Shown: positions 1 to 13,169, counted from the first letter of the stretch. The stretch is DNA of 64,000 bases from Octopus vulgaris (GCA_951406725.2 OX597832.1:18414001-18478000); one strand, 5' to 3'. Made by a program: numbers and translations. Notes: generated by a model not told the origin, from the sequence alone.

Positions 1-576
1 AAATATGAATGGTGGTGAGAAATGTCGATACCTAACGAGATTTTTGTTTTCGAGTCTCATTTTTCTATGTACGTACAAATCCTGAAGACTCCTATTGACA
101 GCAAGGGTGAACATTGTAACTGGCTTGGATAGAAGGCTCTTCTGACAGCCGTTGTATGTAACAATTCAGATAGTATACACTTTCCCTCTCCTGCTTCTTA
201 TATTTGGAGTGTTCTTCAAAAACATTTGCAAAGATAGTTTTGTCATTGAAATTACATTATGAAACATGGATCTTATCTATTTTATTGAAATCTCTGTTCC
301 ATTCAACTTTGTCTCTTTGCCTGTACTTACCGTATATTCTAGAGAATGACATCATTTTAATTTTCTACTGTAGTGTTTGGGAGAATGTAAGATCGTTCCT
401 GTACACCTACGGCCTTCATCTCATGATATATCAAACAGTGAAATGAAGTAATACTGAATATCGCGTAAAAAGTCATTCAGAATTACGGGACGAGATATTT
501 TCTTTTGCTCTAACTTGGAAAAGGCAGTGGAAATTTTCATTAACCATTCTACTTTCGGGCAAGGCAAGAAAATATC

Positions 577-909
577 TCAAAGCAGTGCTCCATCATGACC
601 GCACTTTAATGACTGAAGCAAGTAAAAGAATAAAAGAATGCACACACATACATATATATGTTATTGATAAGGATAATCTAAAATATATTTTCGTAAGCTG
701 GCTAACACAGAAGATTTGATTAAACAATTCCAATTTTTTTAGTGAACTGAATGTTATAATATGAGGAACGAACTTGAGATTTCTTCGTTTCTGTTTTTTT
801 ATTTGCATAGACGCTTAGAGCAAGGGAAAATAAATAATAAATAAAATATAAATAATTTCATGTCAGGAATAATAAGGAAATAGTTAAAGAGCATTTGAAA
901 GCGAGCCTA
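577..909 (+). repeat. Local direct duplication, copy 1 (old SINE 3' tail plus about 270 bp flank)
   Basis: Aligns by eye with 3771-4082, e.g. shared TAAAATATATTTTCGTAAGCTGGCTAACACAGAAGATTTGATTAAACAATT and GGAATAATAAGGAAATAGTTAAAGAGCATTTGAAAGCG. Confidence 0.9.
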
Positions 910-1469
910 GCAAAATTATGTTTAAGTAAACTGCTTATGCGTATACAACCAGTCCTTTGCATCATTAACCCACGCTGCAAGATGCTCACCTTCACAAATT
1001 TGAAAGGAATCACGCTACGAAAGTGGCAATAGCAATATGAATGACGTAAGCAACATGGCTCGCACAAACCAAAATTCTATTTTAAAACAGAAAAGTAAAG
1101 TACATAAGTTTAGACTCACATAAAGCTCAAAGCTTAAGAAATGTTTGACGGGTTACAGGAAATAAAAGTAAAATAAATGAGGATAAATATCTAGAGTTGA
1201 TAACTTTAGTATAACTATGAATAACACAAAGAGTACGCAATCAGTAATAAAACCACCAAAAGAAATTTCCATTTTTTGAAAATAAGGATCTATTAATGAG
1301 TACCAAGAAATGTGTTGAAGTGATATGTCAAAACGAACAAATTCATGGCCCGTGAAACCTTATTTAGAAAGGACGAATAGTGAAGTATTTCTGTATGATA
1401 AATAAAACGAGTAGTCATGACGTTGCAACGACAACGTCACTGAAAGCTCTAGTATATATATATATATGT

Positions 1470-2270
1470 GATAACAGATAGGTTCCTTTCACTCAGTAAG
1501 TGCTGAGGGAAGTATGTGACCCTGCTTCAGTACGGATTTGTAAGCGTTGAGATGGATGGAAGCACTCCGTCGGTTACGACGACGAGGATTCCGGTTGATC
1601 CGATCAACGGAACAGCCTGCTCGTGAAATTAACGTGCAAGTGGCTGAGCATTCCACAGACACGTGTACTCTTAACGTAGTTCTCCGGGGATATTCAGCGT
1701 GACACAGAGTGTGACAAGGCCGGCCCTTTGAAATACAGGTACAACAGAAACAGGAAGTAAGAGTGAGAGAAAGTTGCGGTGAAAGAGTACAGCAGGGATC
1801 ACCACCATCCCTGCCGGAGCCTCATGGAGCTTCAGGTGTTTTCGCTCAATAAACACTCACAACGCCCGGTCTAGGAATCGAAACCGCGATCCTACGACCG
1901 CGAGTCCGCTGACCTGACCACTGGGCCATTGCGCCTCCACAAGCGTTGAGATAATAGTTAGATTAACTCCATGAGATGGCTCATAGCAGGACATTTGGAA
2001 AGAAAGACACAATTGCCCTGCTGAGAGTTATTGTTTGTGGCTTGTGCGTCAGGATAGTTTTACGATTGCTTCACAGTACGAATTGGTGGCAAGGAGGGCG
2101 GTGATTCTAAAAGCATGTGGTTAAATCTGTTATGCAAGACCTTCTATTCTCTGGCAAATTTATATCCATTAAGTAAAAAGATTTCTGGTGTTAAGTAACT
2201 AAATCTCATAGTATAATAAACGACAAATTCATGGTGTAAACCTCAATATCATATAAAACTGTATGCGTGC
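1470..2270 (+). pseudogene. Possible highly decayed LTR-retrotransposon (Gypsy-like) integrase fragment, interrupted by the SINE at 1554-1940
   Basis: Frameshifted peptides after the SINE read LHE...AGH.G.K.TIALLR, then WQ.I and I..DKF, resembling the integrase zinc-binding region and core start. Many stops. Confidence 0.3.
1554..1940 (-). mobile_element. tRNA-derived SINE, family A, full length
   Basis: Minus strand begins GTGGAGGCGCAATGGCCCAGTGG (A box) ... GGTTTCGATTCC (B box) and ends CGTCGTCGTAACCGACGGAGTGCTTCCATCC. 12-bp TSD AAGCGTTGAGAT at 1542-1553 and 1941-1952. Near-identical copy at 62194-62576. Confidence 0.95.
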
Positions 2271-2463
2271 TCTCTTGGCAATCCTGTTTTGACTATTTTC
2301 TATTTAGTTCTATTCACTTCTATTTTGACCACACGCGTAAGGAGGAGTGATAGTATCATTAACAGGAGAGAGTCTTACACAATTTTGAGATCCATATACA
2401 AATGTATGCACACATACACATACATCGCAAACATTCTTATATATCTATCTATCTATCTATCTA

Positions 2464-2546
<83 letters not shown>

Positions 2547-2576
2547 GTATGTATATATACATATATGTATATATAT

Positions 2577-2608
<32 letters not shown>

Positions 2609-2892
2609 GTGTTTGTGTGTGTGTATGTGTGTGTATATGTATATATATATATTCATGATTAGTCCTTTGACTGCAGCCATACCGGAGCATCACCTTAATT
2701 GTTTTTTTTTATTTTGCATATATATCTGACTCCGACTGATGAGGAAATCGGCTGCGAATTATACATATATCTAGTGTTCGTTCTCTGTACCGTTTGTCGA
2801 GTTATCGTCTACTCTTCCGCATGATGTGTCATGTTGTTTTCTGTCTGCTGTGTTCTTTCTGTCCTGCTTTTGATATACATATGTATATATAT

Positions 2893-3545
2893 GCAGGGAA
2901 GAGGATTAGAAAATGCAGATTACTTTTAAAGATGTCTATTGATTTGACCGGTTTCACTTTCTTAAGAAGAAGATTCTCAAAAGTAAAGTGCAAGGCTTTG
3001 TGTAGCCTTTGTGATGTTAAACATTAATTAACATAGATATATTAAAATGCAGTGATAAGGTATTTGACAATGATAAGAAAATGTGAAGAAATAAATTCAT
3101 TCACAAGTCTGGAGATGAAGAAAATAGGTTGGTCATTTATCTAAATACCTAATAAGCAATTATGATTTCTGATGAATATTTGACGAAAGGAAAACCCGCT
3201 TTCTCTTATCAAATACTGTCAAATAATTCTTTCTGTGTATATGCTTATAAACAATTGTGATTTCTAATGAAATTATAAAAAAATTATGAACTTGTTTTAG
3301 TGATTATTGTGAACAATTTTACGTAAACATAAAACCACTGTTAACATTTCCTTACCATCGTCAAAATTCTATTTCTTAACATTTTCTTAGAGTCACTGTA
3401 TCTTAATACATCTATGTTAACTAGTTTATAACACCACAAAGGCTACGCAAAGCCTTGCGCCTTACTTTTGAAAATCGTTTTCTTAAAAAGGGGCAACCAG
3501 TCAAGTCATAAAATTCTTTCAAAGACCTCTTCATTGTCAAGTCCT
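2893..3545 (+). mobile_element. PLE-derived remnant with split hammerhead motif and inverted copy of its 3' end
   Basis: About 2935-3085 is an imperfect inverted repeat of about 3345-3512. TATGATTT-CTGATGA at 3161-3175, degenerate GCAACCAGTC-AAGTCATA at 3493-3510, canonical GAAACCGGTC-AAATC on the minus strand at 2941-2955. TA-rich flanks. Confidence 0.6.
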
Positions 3546-3770
3546 TTTCCATATATATTTTGACTCCTGCAGAATCTTCCAATTTTTCTTTATTATTATA
3601 TATATCTTTGTAATTCTGTTTGTCTGTGCATGTCTCCTAACACCGCTTATCAACTGGCTTTGGTGTGCGTATATGTGTTCGCAACTTAGCGCTTCGGCAA
3701 AGAAACCAATTGAATGAGCACCAGACTTAACAAAAATAAGTACTGGCGTCGATTCTTTCGAAGGAAATTC

Positions 3771-4082
3771 CTCAAAGTGCTGCCCCACAATGGCCGCACT
3801 CTAATGTCTGAAGCAAGTAAAATAATAAAAGAATGCAAACACATACATACACATATATGTCCTTGATAAACATGATGTAAAATATATTTTCGTAAGCTGG
3901 CTAACACAGAAGATTTGATTAAACAATTTTTTTAGTGAACTGAATGTTATAATATGAGGAACGTACTTGGGCTCTCTTCGCTTCTGTTTCTTATTTGCAT
4001 GGACGCTTAGCGCAAGGAAAAATAAATAATTTTATGTGAGGAATAATAAGGAAATAGTTAAAGAGCATTTGAAAGCGGGCCT
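3771..4082 (+). repeat. Local direct duplication, copy 2
   Basis: Matches 577-909. Preceded by more of a degenerate family-B SINE (about 3615-3830). Confidence 0.9.
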
Positions 4083-4643
4083 TAAAACTGGTGGTTTACT
4101 CGGCAATTACAATGTATAACCACCCCAGTGACAGCGAAAATATAATAATCGTAAAAGAAGGAGTAAGAATAAAACCGAGAAACGAAAAAAAAAAGAAGCC
4201 ATTAATTGTCACACCAACTACACGAAAAAGCTTAGTGGTCTAATTTGTTAAAGAGATGAGTGAGAGGGAGTGTAAAGCGGGGAATGAGGGAGAAGGAGAA
4301 AAAGTGAGTTAGAGTGAGAGAGAAGTCGAATGATATATATAATAACGGTGAAGTTTGGATGAGGTTGCGAATGAGAGGGAGGGCGGTCAAGGTAAATAAT
4401 GCTGAAGGAAAATTTTGACACCTAGCTAAATTTAATATACAGGATGTGTGGACGCGCCATAGTCATGTCATTGTAAAATAGAGCGATAAAAGCGCCATCT
4501 ATAGAAACACATGAAAATAAGTATTGAGCTAACAGGTTAGACAACAATGCATGTGAACCATATAAATAGTCAAACGCAAACACACATGAGCCTATATACC
4601 AGGGTGTGAATACGTGAATATAAACGTGTGCATATGTATGTAT

Positions 4644-4692
<49 letters not shown>

Positions 4693-4766
4693 GTACACAT
4701 ACGTGTATATATATACACACACATATGTATATATATACATATATATATATACATACATATATATAG

Positions 4767-4830
<64 letters not shown>

Positions 4831-4864
4831 GTAAGCATATACGGTCACACAAAAAACATATATT

Positions 4865-4929
4865 TTATCATCATCGCCGTTGTCGTCGTCGTCATCCTCA
4901 CCATCATAACCCTTATTATCTCCACCACC

Positions 4930-4963
<34 letters not shown>

Positions 4964-4968
4964 TCGTC
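4865..4968. repeat. (ATC)n/(GTC)n/(ACC)n trinucleotide tract
   Basis: Directly visible. Confidence 0.9.
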
Positions 4969-5135
4969 GGTATTTCGTGTGCTCTCACGCTCTAAGACCA
5001 AATTCCACCGAGGCCGATTTTGCCTTTCATCATTTCGGGTTCGATAAACTAAGTACCAGTTGAACGAACACTGGAGCCGATGTAGTCGACTTGTCCCCTC
5101 ACAAATTTGAGGCCTTCTGCCTCCAGAAGAAATGA
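4968..5135 (+). mobile_element. Degenerate family-C SINE (older tail variant)
   Basis: AAATTCCACCGAGGCCGATTTTGCCTTTCATCATTTCGGGTTCGATAAACTAAGTACCAG matches the family-C central domain. Confidence 0.75.
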
Positions 5136-5717
5136 TTGTTGTTGTTGATGTTGTTGTTATTATTATCATTATTATTAATATTATTATTACTATTATCATT
5201 AAGCTGTTGAAGTAATTTTCGCCACGCGTTAATAGATGTTGCATTAATTGAAAAACTACGCTTGCAGAATTAGACATTAAATGATGGATTGCTAAGTACA
5301 CACTCACACAATCTTAATTAGAGCTTCATGCGAAAATAATGCAATGTTTTTTTACAATGCTAAATGTTCAGCTCACAGATACATTCCATCGAATAAGGCT
5401 TCCATACGGCTTTTTTTTTTTTCCAGTTCCATTCAGATTTGCGGATCAAGGTAGATTAAAGAAAACGACAATTCATTACGCAATCAGAATTTAAACTGCA
5501 TCACATTATGTCGAAGAGTACCTTTAAAGTATTCGGTTACGTGAAGAATGTAAACACACACACATACACACACATAGAAACATATACACACACACAAATG
5601 CGTACGCTCATGTGTTAGCATGTGTGTAAATATCTAGCTCCTGCGTGTACTTGATTATTTGTCCATCTACACGCGCAAAAACTCAACAACCAAGCATCCT
5701 TGCATTCATATATGTAT

Positions 5718-5810
<93 letters not shown>

Positions 5811-5812
<2 letters not shown>

Positions 5813-6037
5813 CTAATCATACCAGTCGGGCATGTGGAAGAGAGTGTAATTCGGCAGGAGGACTTAAACGACATGCAAAGGTACATGAAGCCCAGTTACA
5901 ACTACAACAGGCTAGTACCAGTAAATTTGTACAAGACATTGTATATCTTTAGCTTGGCTAAAAAGTCACATTCGATCACAGCACCAGTAACAGTTAAGCT
6001 TCGTGCAATGGCCATACTCGATAACGAGGGGGCAGCC

Positions 6038-6041
<4 letters not shown>
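5811..6041 (+). mobile_element. 5'-truncated RTE-clade LINE 3' end (C-terminal C2H2 fingers plus short 3' UTR)
   Basis: Encodes [19 protein letters not shown], then in another frame [13 protein letters not shown]-stop (TAA 5988-5990). Followed by a short UTR ending CTCGATAACGAGGGGGCAGCCATA and (TA)n. This layout is typical of RTE ORF ends. Confidence 0.7.
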
Positions 6042-6086
<45 letters not shown>

Positions 6087-6106
6087 ACACACATCTACAT
6101 ATATGT

Positions 6107-6216
<110 letters not shown>

Positions 6217-6226
6217 TATATACATA

Positions 6227-6263
<37 letters not shown>

Positions 6264-6310
6264 GCACATATAAGTAGACGTGTGTGTTCATATATATATA
6301 TATATATATA

Positions 6311-6405
6311 TTATGGCTGCCCCCTCGTTATCGAGTATGGCCATTGCACGAAGCTTAACTGTTATTGGTACTGTGATCGAATGTGACTTTTTAGCCAAGC
6401 TAAAG
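6311..6405 (-). mobile_element. Second, shorter RTE 3' end in opposite orientation
   Basis: Reverse complement of 5947-6041 with 2 mismatches. (TA)n on both sides. Confidence 0.85.
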
Positions 6406-6480
6406 ATATATATATATATATATATAAATGACAGACACACATACACACGCGCACACACATGTATACCTTGTATAAAGGAA

Positions 6481-6975
6481 TATCGTTGACAGTGACATTG
6501 GCCAGCTAATTAATTGTGGAATCTACATTAGAATTTGTAATTATAAAGCATAAGGATTTTAAATGAAACGATACTGAATGCGACAAACATGCTGTCACAT
6601 CTTGGGCCTTCTTAACAAAAGAGAAACACCAACGGCTTTGTTTAGAAAATTCTAGATGCATGAATAAATTCTAAACAATTACATAATCCCAAATTTAATG
6701 AATAAAAAATATTATTTCCTAAAAACATTTCCATAGCAACAGACCTTGAAATCCTAATTGCCACCCCACTGAAACACACATGCCAAAAGATAATTAAACT
6801 CAGAACAGAGAGTACCTGTAATTCAGTGCGGTACGACGAAGGCTTAGCAACCCGAAACGTCTAAGTAACTGTAGACTATATATTGTTATAAGAATAATAA
6901 TTTTGAATTCTACAAAAATGTCTTGAGTAACCCATGAGTTTAAAGTAAAATTGTTTATATTTTTACTGAACATAA
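6481..6975 (+). pseudogene. Decayed Penelope-like element 3' end (endonuclease C-terminus plus degenerate hammerhead)
   Basis: Broken peptides TLAS..WNL, RLCLE and NPNLMNKK resemble PLE C-termini. Followed by CGACGAAGGCTTAGCAACCCGAAACGTC at about 6834-6861. Confidence 0.45.
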
Positions 6976-7496
6976 AATAAATGTGTATACGTATTTATAT
7001 ATTATTAGGCGTAAACATAAACTTAAAACTGCTCCAAATTCGTAAACGAGATATGTTATGCCATTTTTGAAAGTGATGTATACAACATTAATTTGTTACA
7101 CAGTATATGGTATATCTGTTACAGGAACACAATTTCATGTTTCTAATACATTTTATCTGTAGCTTAAAAGGCCGGATCAAAGACCAACTTCTCCAGAGCT
7201 GATACTGCCTCGGTGTTGCCTAGAAGCTTTAAGTGCCTGTGGAATAATCAGGAAAAATGCCTCAACACAAACGCATGCTCACACACACACACACACACAC
7301 ACACACATTTACTTTTACGAAAAGCGTAATGACATTGAACTCGATATAAAGGACTCCAAGGCAGCCGACCAGGATTTTGGTATCACGATATTATTCTTGT
7401 AGCTGGATAATAAATATGTACTTTTGAAAATGTATTCTGTATTCCTGATGCTTAAAATATAAAATTTAATTAACTATAATCCGAAATTGATGCAAG

Positions 7497-7540
<44 letters not shown>

Positions 7541-7717
7541 AACATACATTACATACGTACATAAATATATATATGTATATATTCATATATACATGTATAT
7601 ATATAATGCATGTATAAATATGTATATATACATATAAATATGTGAGACTGTACGTGTATGTAGACATGCACACGCACACGGTCAAACATACGCACACATG
7701 CACACACAGATATATGG

Positions 7718-7784
<67 letters not shown>

Positions 7785-7827
7785 CATATATATATACATA
7801 TGTAGATATACATATATATATCTATTA

Positions 7828-8208
7828 GGCACAGGGGTAGCTGTGTGGTAAGAAGTTTGTTTCCCAGCCTCGTGGTTCCAGGTTCGGTCCCACAGCGTGC
7901 CAACTTGGACAGGTGACGTCTACTATAATTTCGGACCTACCAAAGCCTAGTGACTTGACTCGTAAGACGGAAACCAGAGAAGCCCGTCGTATATATGTGC
8001 TTGCGATTGTGTCTGTGTTTGTCCGCCATGCCAATCACTTGACAACCTATGTTGGTGTGTTTACCTCACTGTATTTAGCGGTTCGGCATAAGAGACTGAT
8101 AGAATTAGCACCACGCTTACAAAGAAAAATTCCTGTGGTCGGTTTCTTTAAACGAAATGCAGTGATCAGCTGTCAGATAACAGAAGCAAGTAAACGAACA
8201 AAAGGATA
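7828..8208 (+). mobile_element. Family-B SINE, degenerate
   Basis: GGCACAGGGGTAGCTGTGTGGTAAG head, GGTTCGGTCCC B box, family-B tail ending GCAAGTAAACGAAC. Confidence 0.85.
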
Positions 8209-8357
8209 AATGAATATATATGTATAAATATGTGTATGCTTATAACTATCTATGTAACTATCTAATTCTCTCCCTCTCTCTTTCTCTATCTATCTCTCTA
8301 TCTACCAATATATCTATCATTTTATATCAATGTATGTATATATACTTATGTGTGAGT

Positions 8358-8397
<40 letters not shown>

Positions 8398-8511
8398 AGC
8401 TATGTATTTGTCTATAAATATCGGTGTATCTATATATATATGTGTATGTTTGTATGTATGTATATATACATACATAAAACATAGACATATATATATGTAT
8501 ATATATATATT

Positions 8512-8546
<35 letters not shown>

Positions 8547-8581
8547 ATAGATGTATATACATACATATATATATATATATA

Positions 8582-8977
8582 TGGAGTTCAGCCATGGGCT
8601 CTTAAAGAGCCTCCTCGTTCAAATTGCTTTGCTGCGCCTCTGTTCTGTTTTGTTCTGCCAACGGAATTCCTATTTTTTTCCTGAAGAGAAAGCCACAATA
8701 TGGTATCCTTAGTTAATCAGAATTTGGAAAATTGTGGCTTTTGAAACATGTGTAGAATGCAATAAAAGGAATTCTGTTCAATCTTCGTTCAACTCCATTT
8801 CTTCAATTCACTAATAATATTAAAATTCAATTATCCGCACCAACGCACGGTTGCAACACCAAATGGTTTTATCTCCAACCGTGCTTCCTTCTGCTGTGAT
8901 TTTTGCTACCAAGGTATCGGTTAAACTTTTGATTAATCTGCAACAAGATTATTCATCTTTCTATTTTACCAAACAAA
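8582..8977 (+). mobile_element. Short PLE-derived element in a (TA)n tract carrying a hammerhead ribozyme
   Basis: (TA)n both sides, HHR at 8678-8757, AATAAA at 8761. The last 125 bp or so recur at 35219-35351, also between TA runs. Confidence 0.75.
8678..8757 (+). ncRNA. Type I hammerhead ribozyme (PLE-type minimal stem III)
   Basis: TTC-CTGAAGA-[GAAAGCCACAAT 8688-8699 pairs with ATTGTGGCTTTT 8731-8742]-GAAA-CATGTG-TA-GAA. All core nucleotides are present and the cleavage triplet is GUA. Confidence 0.8.
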
Positions 8978-9009
8978 TATATATATATATATATATAAGT
9001 ATATATATA

Positions 9010-9408
9010 CTCTTTTACTCTTTTACTTTTTTCAGTCATTTGTCTGCGGACATGCTGGAGCACCGCCTTTAGTCGATCAACTCGACCCCGGGACTTATTC
9101 TTTGTAAGCCCAGTACTTATTCTATCGGTCTCTTTTGCCGAACCGGTAAGTGACAGGGACGTAAACACACCAGCATCAGTTGTCAAGCAATGCTTGGGGG
9201 ACAAACACAGACACACAACCCTCCCACACACACATATATATATGTGCATATATACGACAGGCTTCTTTCAGTTTCTGTCTACCAAATCCACTCACAAGGC
9301 ATTGGTCGGCCCGGGGCTATAGCAGAAGACATTGGCCCAAGATGCCACGCAGTGGGACTGAACCCGGAACCATGTGGTTGGTTAGCTAGCTACTTACCAC
9401 ACAGTCGC
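9010..9408 (-). mobile_element. Family-B SINE
   Basis: High similarity to 33580-33993 on the reverse strand. (GTAAAAGA)-type tail. Confidence 0.95.
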
Positions 9409-10498
9409 ATATTTATAAACACATGTAGGGGTAGGGTTAGGGTTAGGGTTAGCGTTAATATTTATACAGAGTAGGAGTAGTAAAGTATTAGTATTTTAGA
9501 AATAGGAATATATGTGTGGGGGTGTTTGTGTGTGTGTATGAATACATTAATATTTGCAAACTATTATGTACAAATATATATGTGTGTACGTGTTTGCATA
9601 TGTTTGCATATGTATTTGTGAATGTGCATGTGTGTGTGTGTGTGTGCGTGCATGCGTGCGCATGTGTGTGTCTTAAATATTTGTAATGATTGCCTCTATA
9701 TGTTGGTGTATTTATATGTGTGTTGTGGAAACTAACAAATTTGTATACAAGGGTGTGATTTGTGTTCGGGCGATTGTTTGGGTACCGGATATTTCTTCTA
9801 TAATAATAAAAATCTTAATTAATATATTACTTAGAAGTAACTATAATTTACTTAATGCTTTAAATTTATTAATTTTCATGTATATATATATATAATAGAG
9901 AGAGGGAGATAATATAGATATATATGGGCATATATATATATACATATGTATATACATATGCATATATATGTATGTATATACATATATATATGTATATTTA
10001 TATATACACATGTATATAAAGGCTGTCATATACATAAAACAAATACGGAGACACATCATACGTTACATCCTATCTTTCTATATACGTATAGACGCAGATG
10101 TACACATACATATATGTGTGTTATTCTACATACATACTTATTTATCATTTGTACTTATATATGTGTCTCTTTGTGTGTTCGTGTGTGTGTGTGCATTTTT
10201 GTATGTATATATAAAGTCTGTATGCTTATAACTGCTTCATATGTATACACAAACATGAGCATATATTTCTTTTGATCTGTATGTTTATCAGGTAATAACC
10301 GATGTCTCTCGAAATATACATTAGCAGACACTGTAATACAGAAGTTAATTGTATTTAAATATTTATGTAAATAACAGATAAAATATCATAATACCTCACT
10401 ATTTAATTAAATAACATAATTCTAATGTATCAAGTCAGACGTTAACTTATATATATGTTTGCGTAAACATATATACATATATATATATATGTTTGATA

Positions 10499-10566
<68 letters not shown>

Positions 10567-11091
10567 CACAACACACTCATTGATATGGGGCTGTTGTGTT
10601 TGCTATTTATTTTTATTACCTCAATTACATTTCGTACAAAAATACATTGTATATTATAATTTATACGAGAGCTAAATGTTGTAAATTTTGAATAGCTGTA
10701 TTGATAAACTGATAAAATTTTATATTTGATGTATTTTTTATTTTGTATTGAATGCTCCGAGTTCAAAATATAAATAACAAAATCAACATCATCATCATCA
10801 ATAACGACATCAGGAATCGGAATAATAATAGTAACAATAATGACACTACCGAGCGCACTGGTTTCTAATTTAGGCAATCGTTTTACATGTTCCTAAACGT
10901 GGATCAAGGCTGGTGATTATTAATAGAAGGTGCGTTAGGCGATTACATGGAAATCGGTACATTATTTGTAGATCACCTTATAGATCCCCGGTCGATGAAA
11001 AGAGAAAGTTCAAACATGAGATTAAAGGCAGACATTTACTTCTCGGTTATCTTAAGTCCACGGATATATAACACTTAATCAGAAACATATA

Positions 11092-11320
11092 TATTTCTTT
11101 ACTACCCACAAGGGGCTAAACATAGAGGGGACAAACAAGGACAGACAAATGGATTAAGTCGATTATATCGACCCCAGTGCGTAACTGGTACTTAATTTTT
11201 CGACCCCGAAAGGATGAAAGTCGACCTCGGCGGAATTTGAACTCAGAACGTAGCGGCAGACGAAATACGGCTACGCATTTCGCCCGGCATGCTAACGTTT
11301 CTGCCAGCTCGCCGCCTTTC
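11092..11320 (-). mobile_element. Family-C SINE, full length
   Basis: Head GGCGGCGAGCTGGCAGAAACGTTAGC, B box GAGTTCAAATTCC, tail GCCCCTTGTGGGTAGTAAAGAAAT. Approximate 14-bp TSD ATCAGAAA(C/T)ATATA at 11078 and 11321. Confidence 0.95.
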
Positions 11321-11614
11321 ATCAGAAATATATAGTTGTGTGTGTGTATGTATGTATGTGTGTATGTATATATGTTTGTATGTATGTATGTATATTTGTT
11401 TATGAGAACAGATGACTTGTATTGATGTGGGTTTTCACACATGAAAGTATTATGAAATATACAAGGTAATTGTAACTAAGATTTTAAACGTGAATATTGT
11501 AACTAGGATCCGTTATTAATTGAAGAAAACTGAATGTAAAGCGGGAAATACGAAAATGCATTCACAGTTACAAATAATCATAACAGTTCATAATTTTAAA
11601 AAAGTTTATTAACA

Positions 11615-11764
11615 GTAAGTAGCTTGCTTACCAATCATATGGTACCGGGTTCTGTCCCACTGCGTGGCACCTTGGGCAGAAGTGTCTTGTACTGTAGCTT
11701 CGGGCCGACCAAAGCCTTGTAAGTGAATTTCGTAGACGGAAACTGAAAGAAGCCTGTCTTATGT

Positions 11765-11832
<68 letters not shown>

Positions 11833-12040
11833 TTGTGTATCTGTGTTTGTCCCCCCACACACAACATCGCTTGACAACCGATGCTGGTTTGTTTACGTCC
11901 CCGTAACTTAGCAGTTCGGTAAAAGTGACCGATAGAATAGGTACTGGGCTTACAAAGAATAAGTCCTGGGGTCGATTTGCTCGACTAAAGGCGGTGCTCC
12001 AGCATGCCCGCAGTCAAATGACTGAAACAAGTAGAAGAGA
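11615..12040 (+). mobile_element. Family-B SINE, slightly 5'-truncated, with internal (TA)n(TG)n
   Basis: Matches 33580-33993. Confidence 0.95.
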
Positions 12041-12297
12041 CACACACGCATAAACACCACACAACCACACAGAAACATCTGTTTATTTATTTATCATTCT
12101 TGTACAGGAATATCATTGACAATTGCTTCGACGTTTCGGGCAGTTGATCTACCATTCTCCGATATGTTAGCCGACAGGATTAATGCAATTTTTTTTTCTG
12201 TTACGTCTGAACATAGAAACAAATCTTAATGTGTCTCTGCGCTTGTGTGTGTATGTGTGTGTGTGTGTTTGTGCGCGCGCGGCTAGCTGTAATGATT

Positions 12298-13045
12298 TAC
12301 TTGTCTGTTTCTTTAAGCTTAGTCTATATTGAGGCACCGCTTTGAGGAAATTTAGCCGAACGAACTTTTTATTTATTAAGCGCAATTTTTATTCTCGCTG
12401 CCTCTTCAGCGGAACAGGTAAATTATGGGGATGTAAACAGACTAACATAATTAAATTTCAATTAAATATAACATTTGATCACATGTTTCCGTTATTCAAA
12501 TTTCAGACAGAATTTATGGGATGACCTGATATGTACGATGGGCTTCTTTCAGTTTTCATCTACCACATCCAATCACAAGGCTTTGGTCGGCAGGAGGCTA
12601 TAGTAGACGACACATGCCCAGTTGACACGCAGAGAGACCGAACCCAGAACCATGTTTTTTCTTTATCTTTTATGTTTTTCTATTACTTTTTGTGCCATGG
12701 TGGAGGATTGCCTTGAAGAATGGTATTTACTCTAATTCTGGTATTTACTCTAATTCTCTTTTGCCGAACCACTGAATTACGAGGATGTAAACACACCAAC
12801 TCCGTTTGCTAAGCGGTGATGGGGGGGCAACAAAAACAGAAAAGCACACACATGAATACATATTTATGTATATGTGTGTGTGTGTGTGTACGACAGGTTT
12901 CTTCCAATTTCCGTCTACCAAATCCACTCACACTGCTTCGTTCAATCCGCGGCCACAGCAGTAGACACTTGACTAATGTGACGCGCAGAGGGATGGACCG
13001 CGGAACCCAGTGGTTGTGAAGCAAATTTTTTACCACACAGCCACA
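12298..13045 (-). mobile_element. Two adjacent degenerate family-B SINEs (about 12298-12655 and 12700-13045)
   Basis: GGCTTCTTTCAGTTTTCATCTACC and TTCCGTCTACCAAATCCACTCAC ... TTACCACACAGCCAC match family B. Confidence 0.75.
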
Positions 13046-13169
13046 TCTCAAGTATTAAAGTTGGTGCAATTACATCTAAACTGGTCTTTCTTGCAAGGGA
13101 CACAATTTGATTCATACAAGCAGACAATGATATGCACGGACTTGCAGGAAGTAAATAGGCACATTTAAT

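Noticed and set aside
2732-2750. CCGA-CTGATGA-G-GAAA-TCGG hammerhead-like string
   Set aside because: No room for stems II and III and no partner half found. At best a collapsed remnant.
9432-9452. About three TTAGGG telomere-like units
   Set aside because: Too short to call an interstitial telomere or healing event. Such short tracts are common in repeat-rich DNA.
11290-11330. Minus-strand CTGATGA...GAAACGTT motif
   Set aside because: Chance juxtaposition of the TSD with a SINE head. Stems do not form and other SINE copies lack it.
12125-12170. Minus-strand GGTAG-ATCAA-CTGCC-C-GAAACGTC hammerhead-like 3' half
   Set aside because: The core 5' strand and stem I are not recognisable, and it overlaps an alternative exon interpretation. 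Left uncalled.
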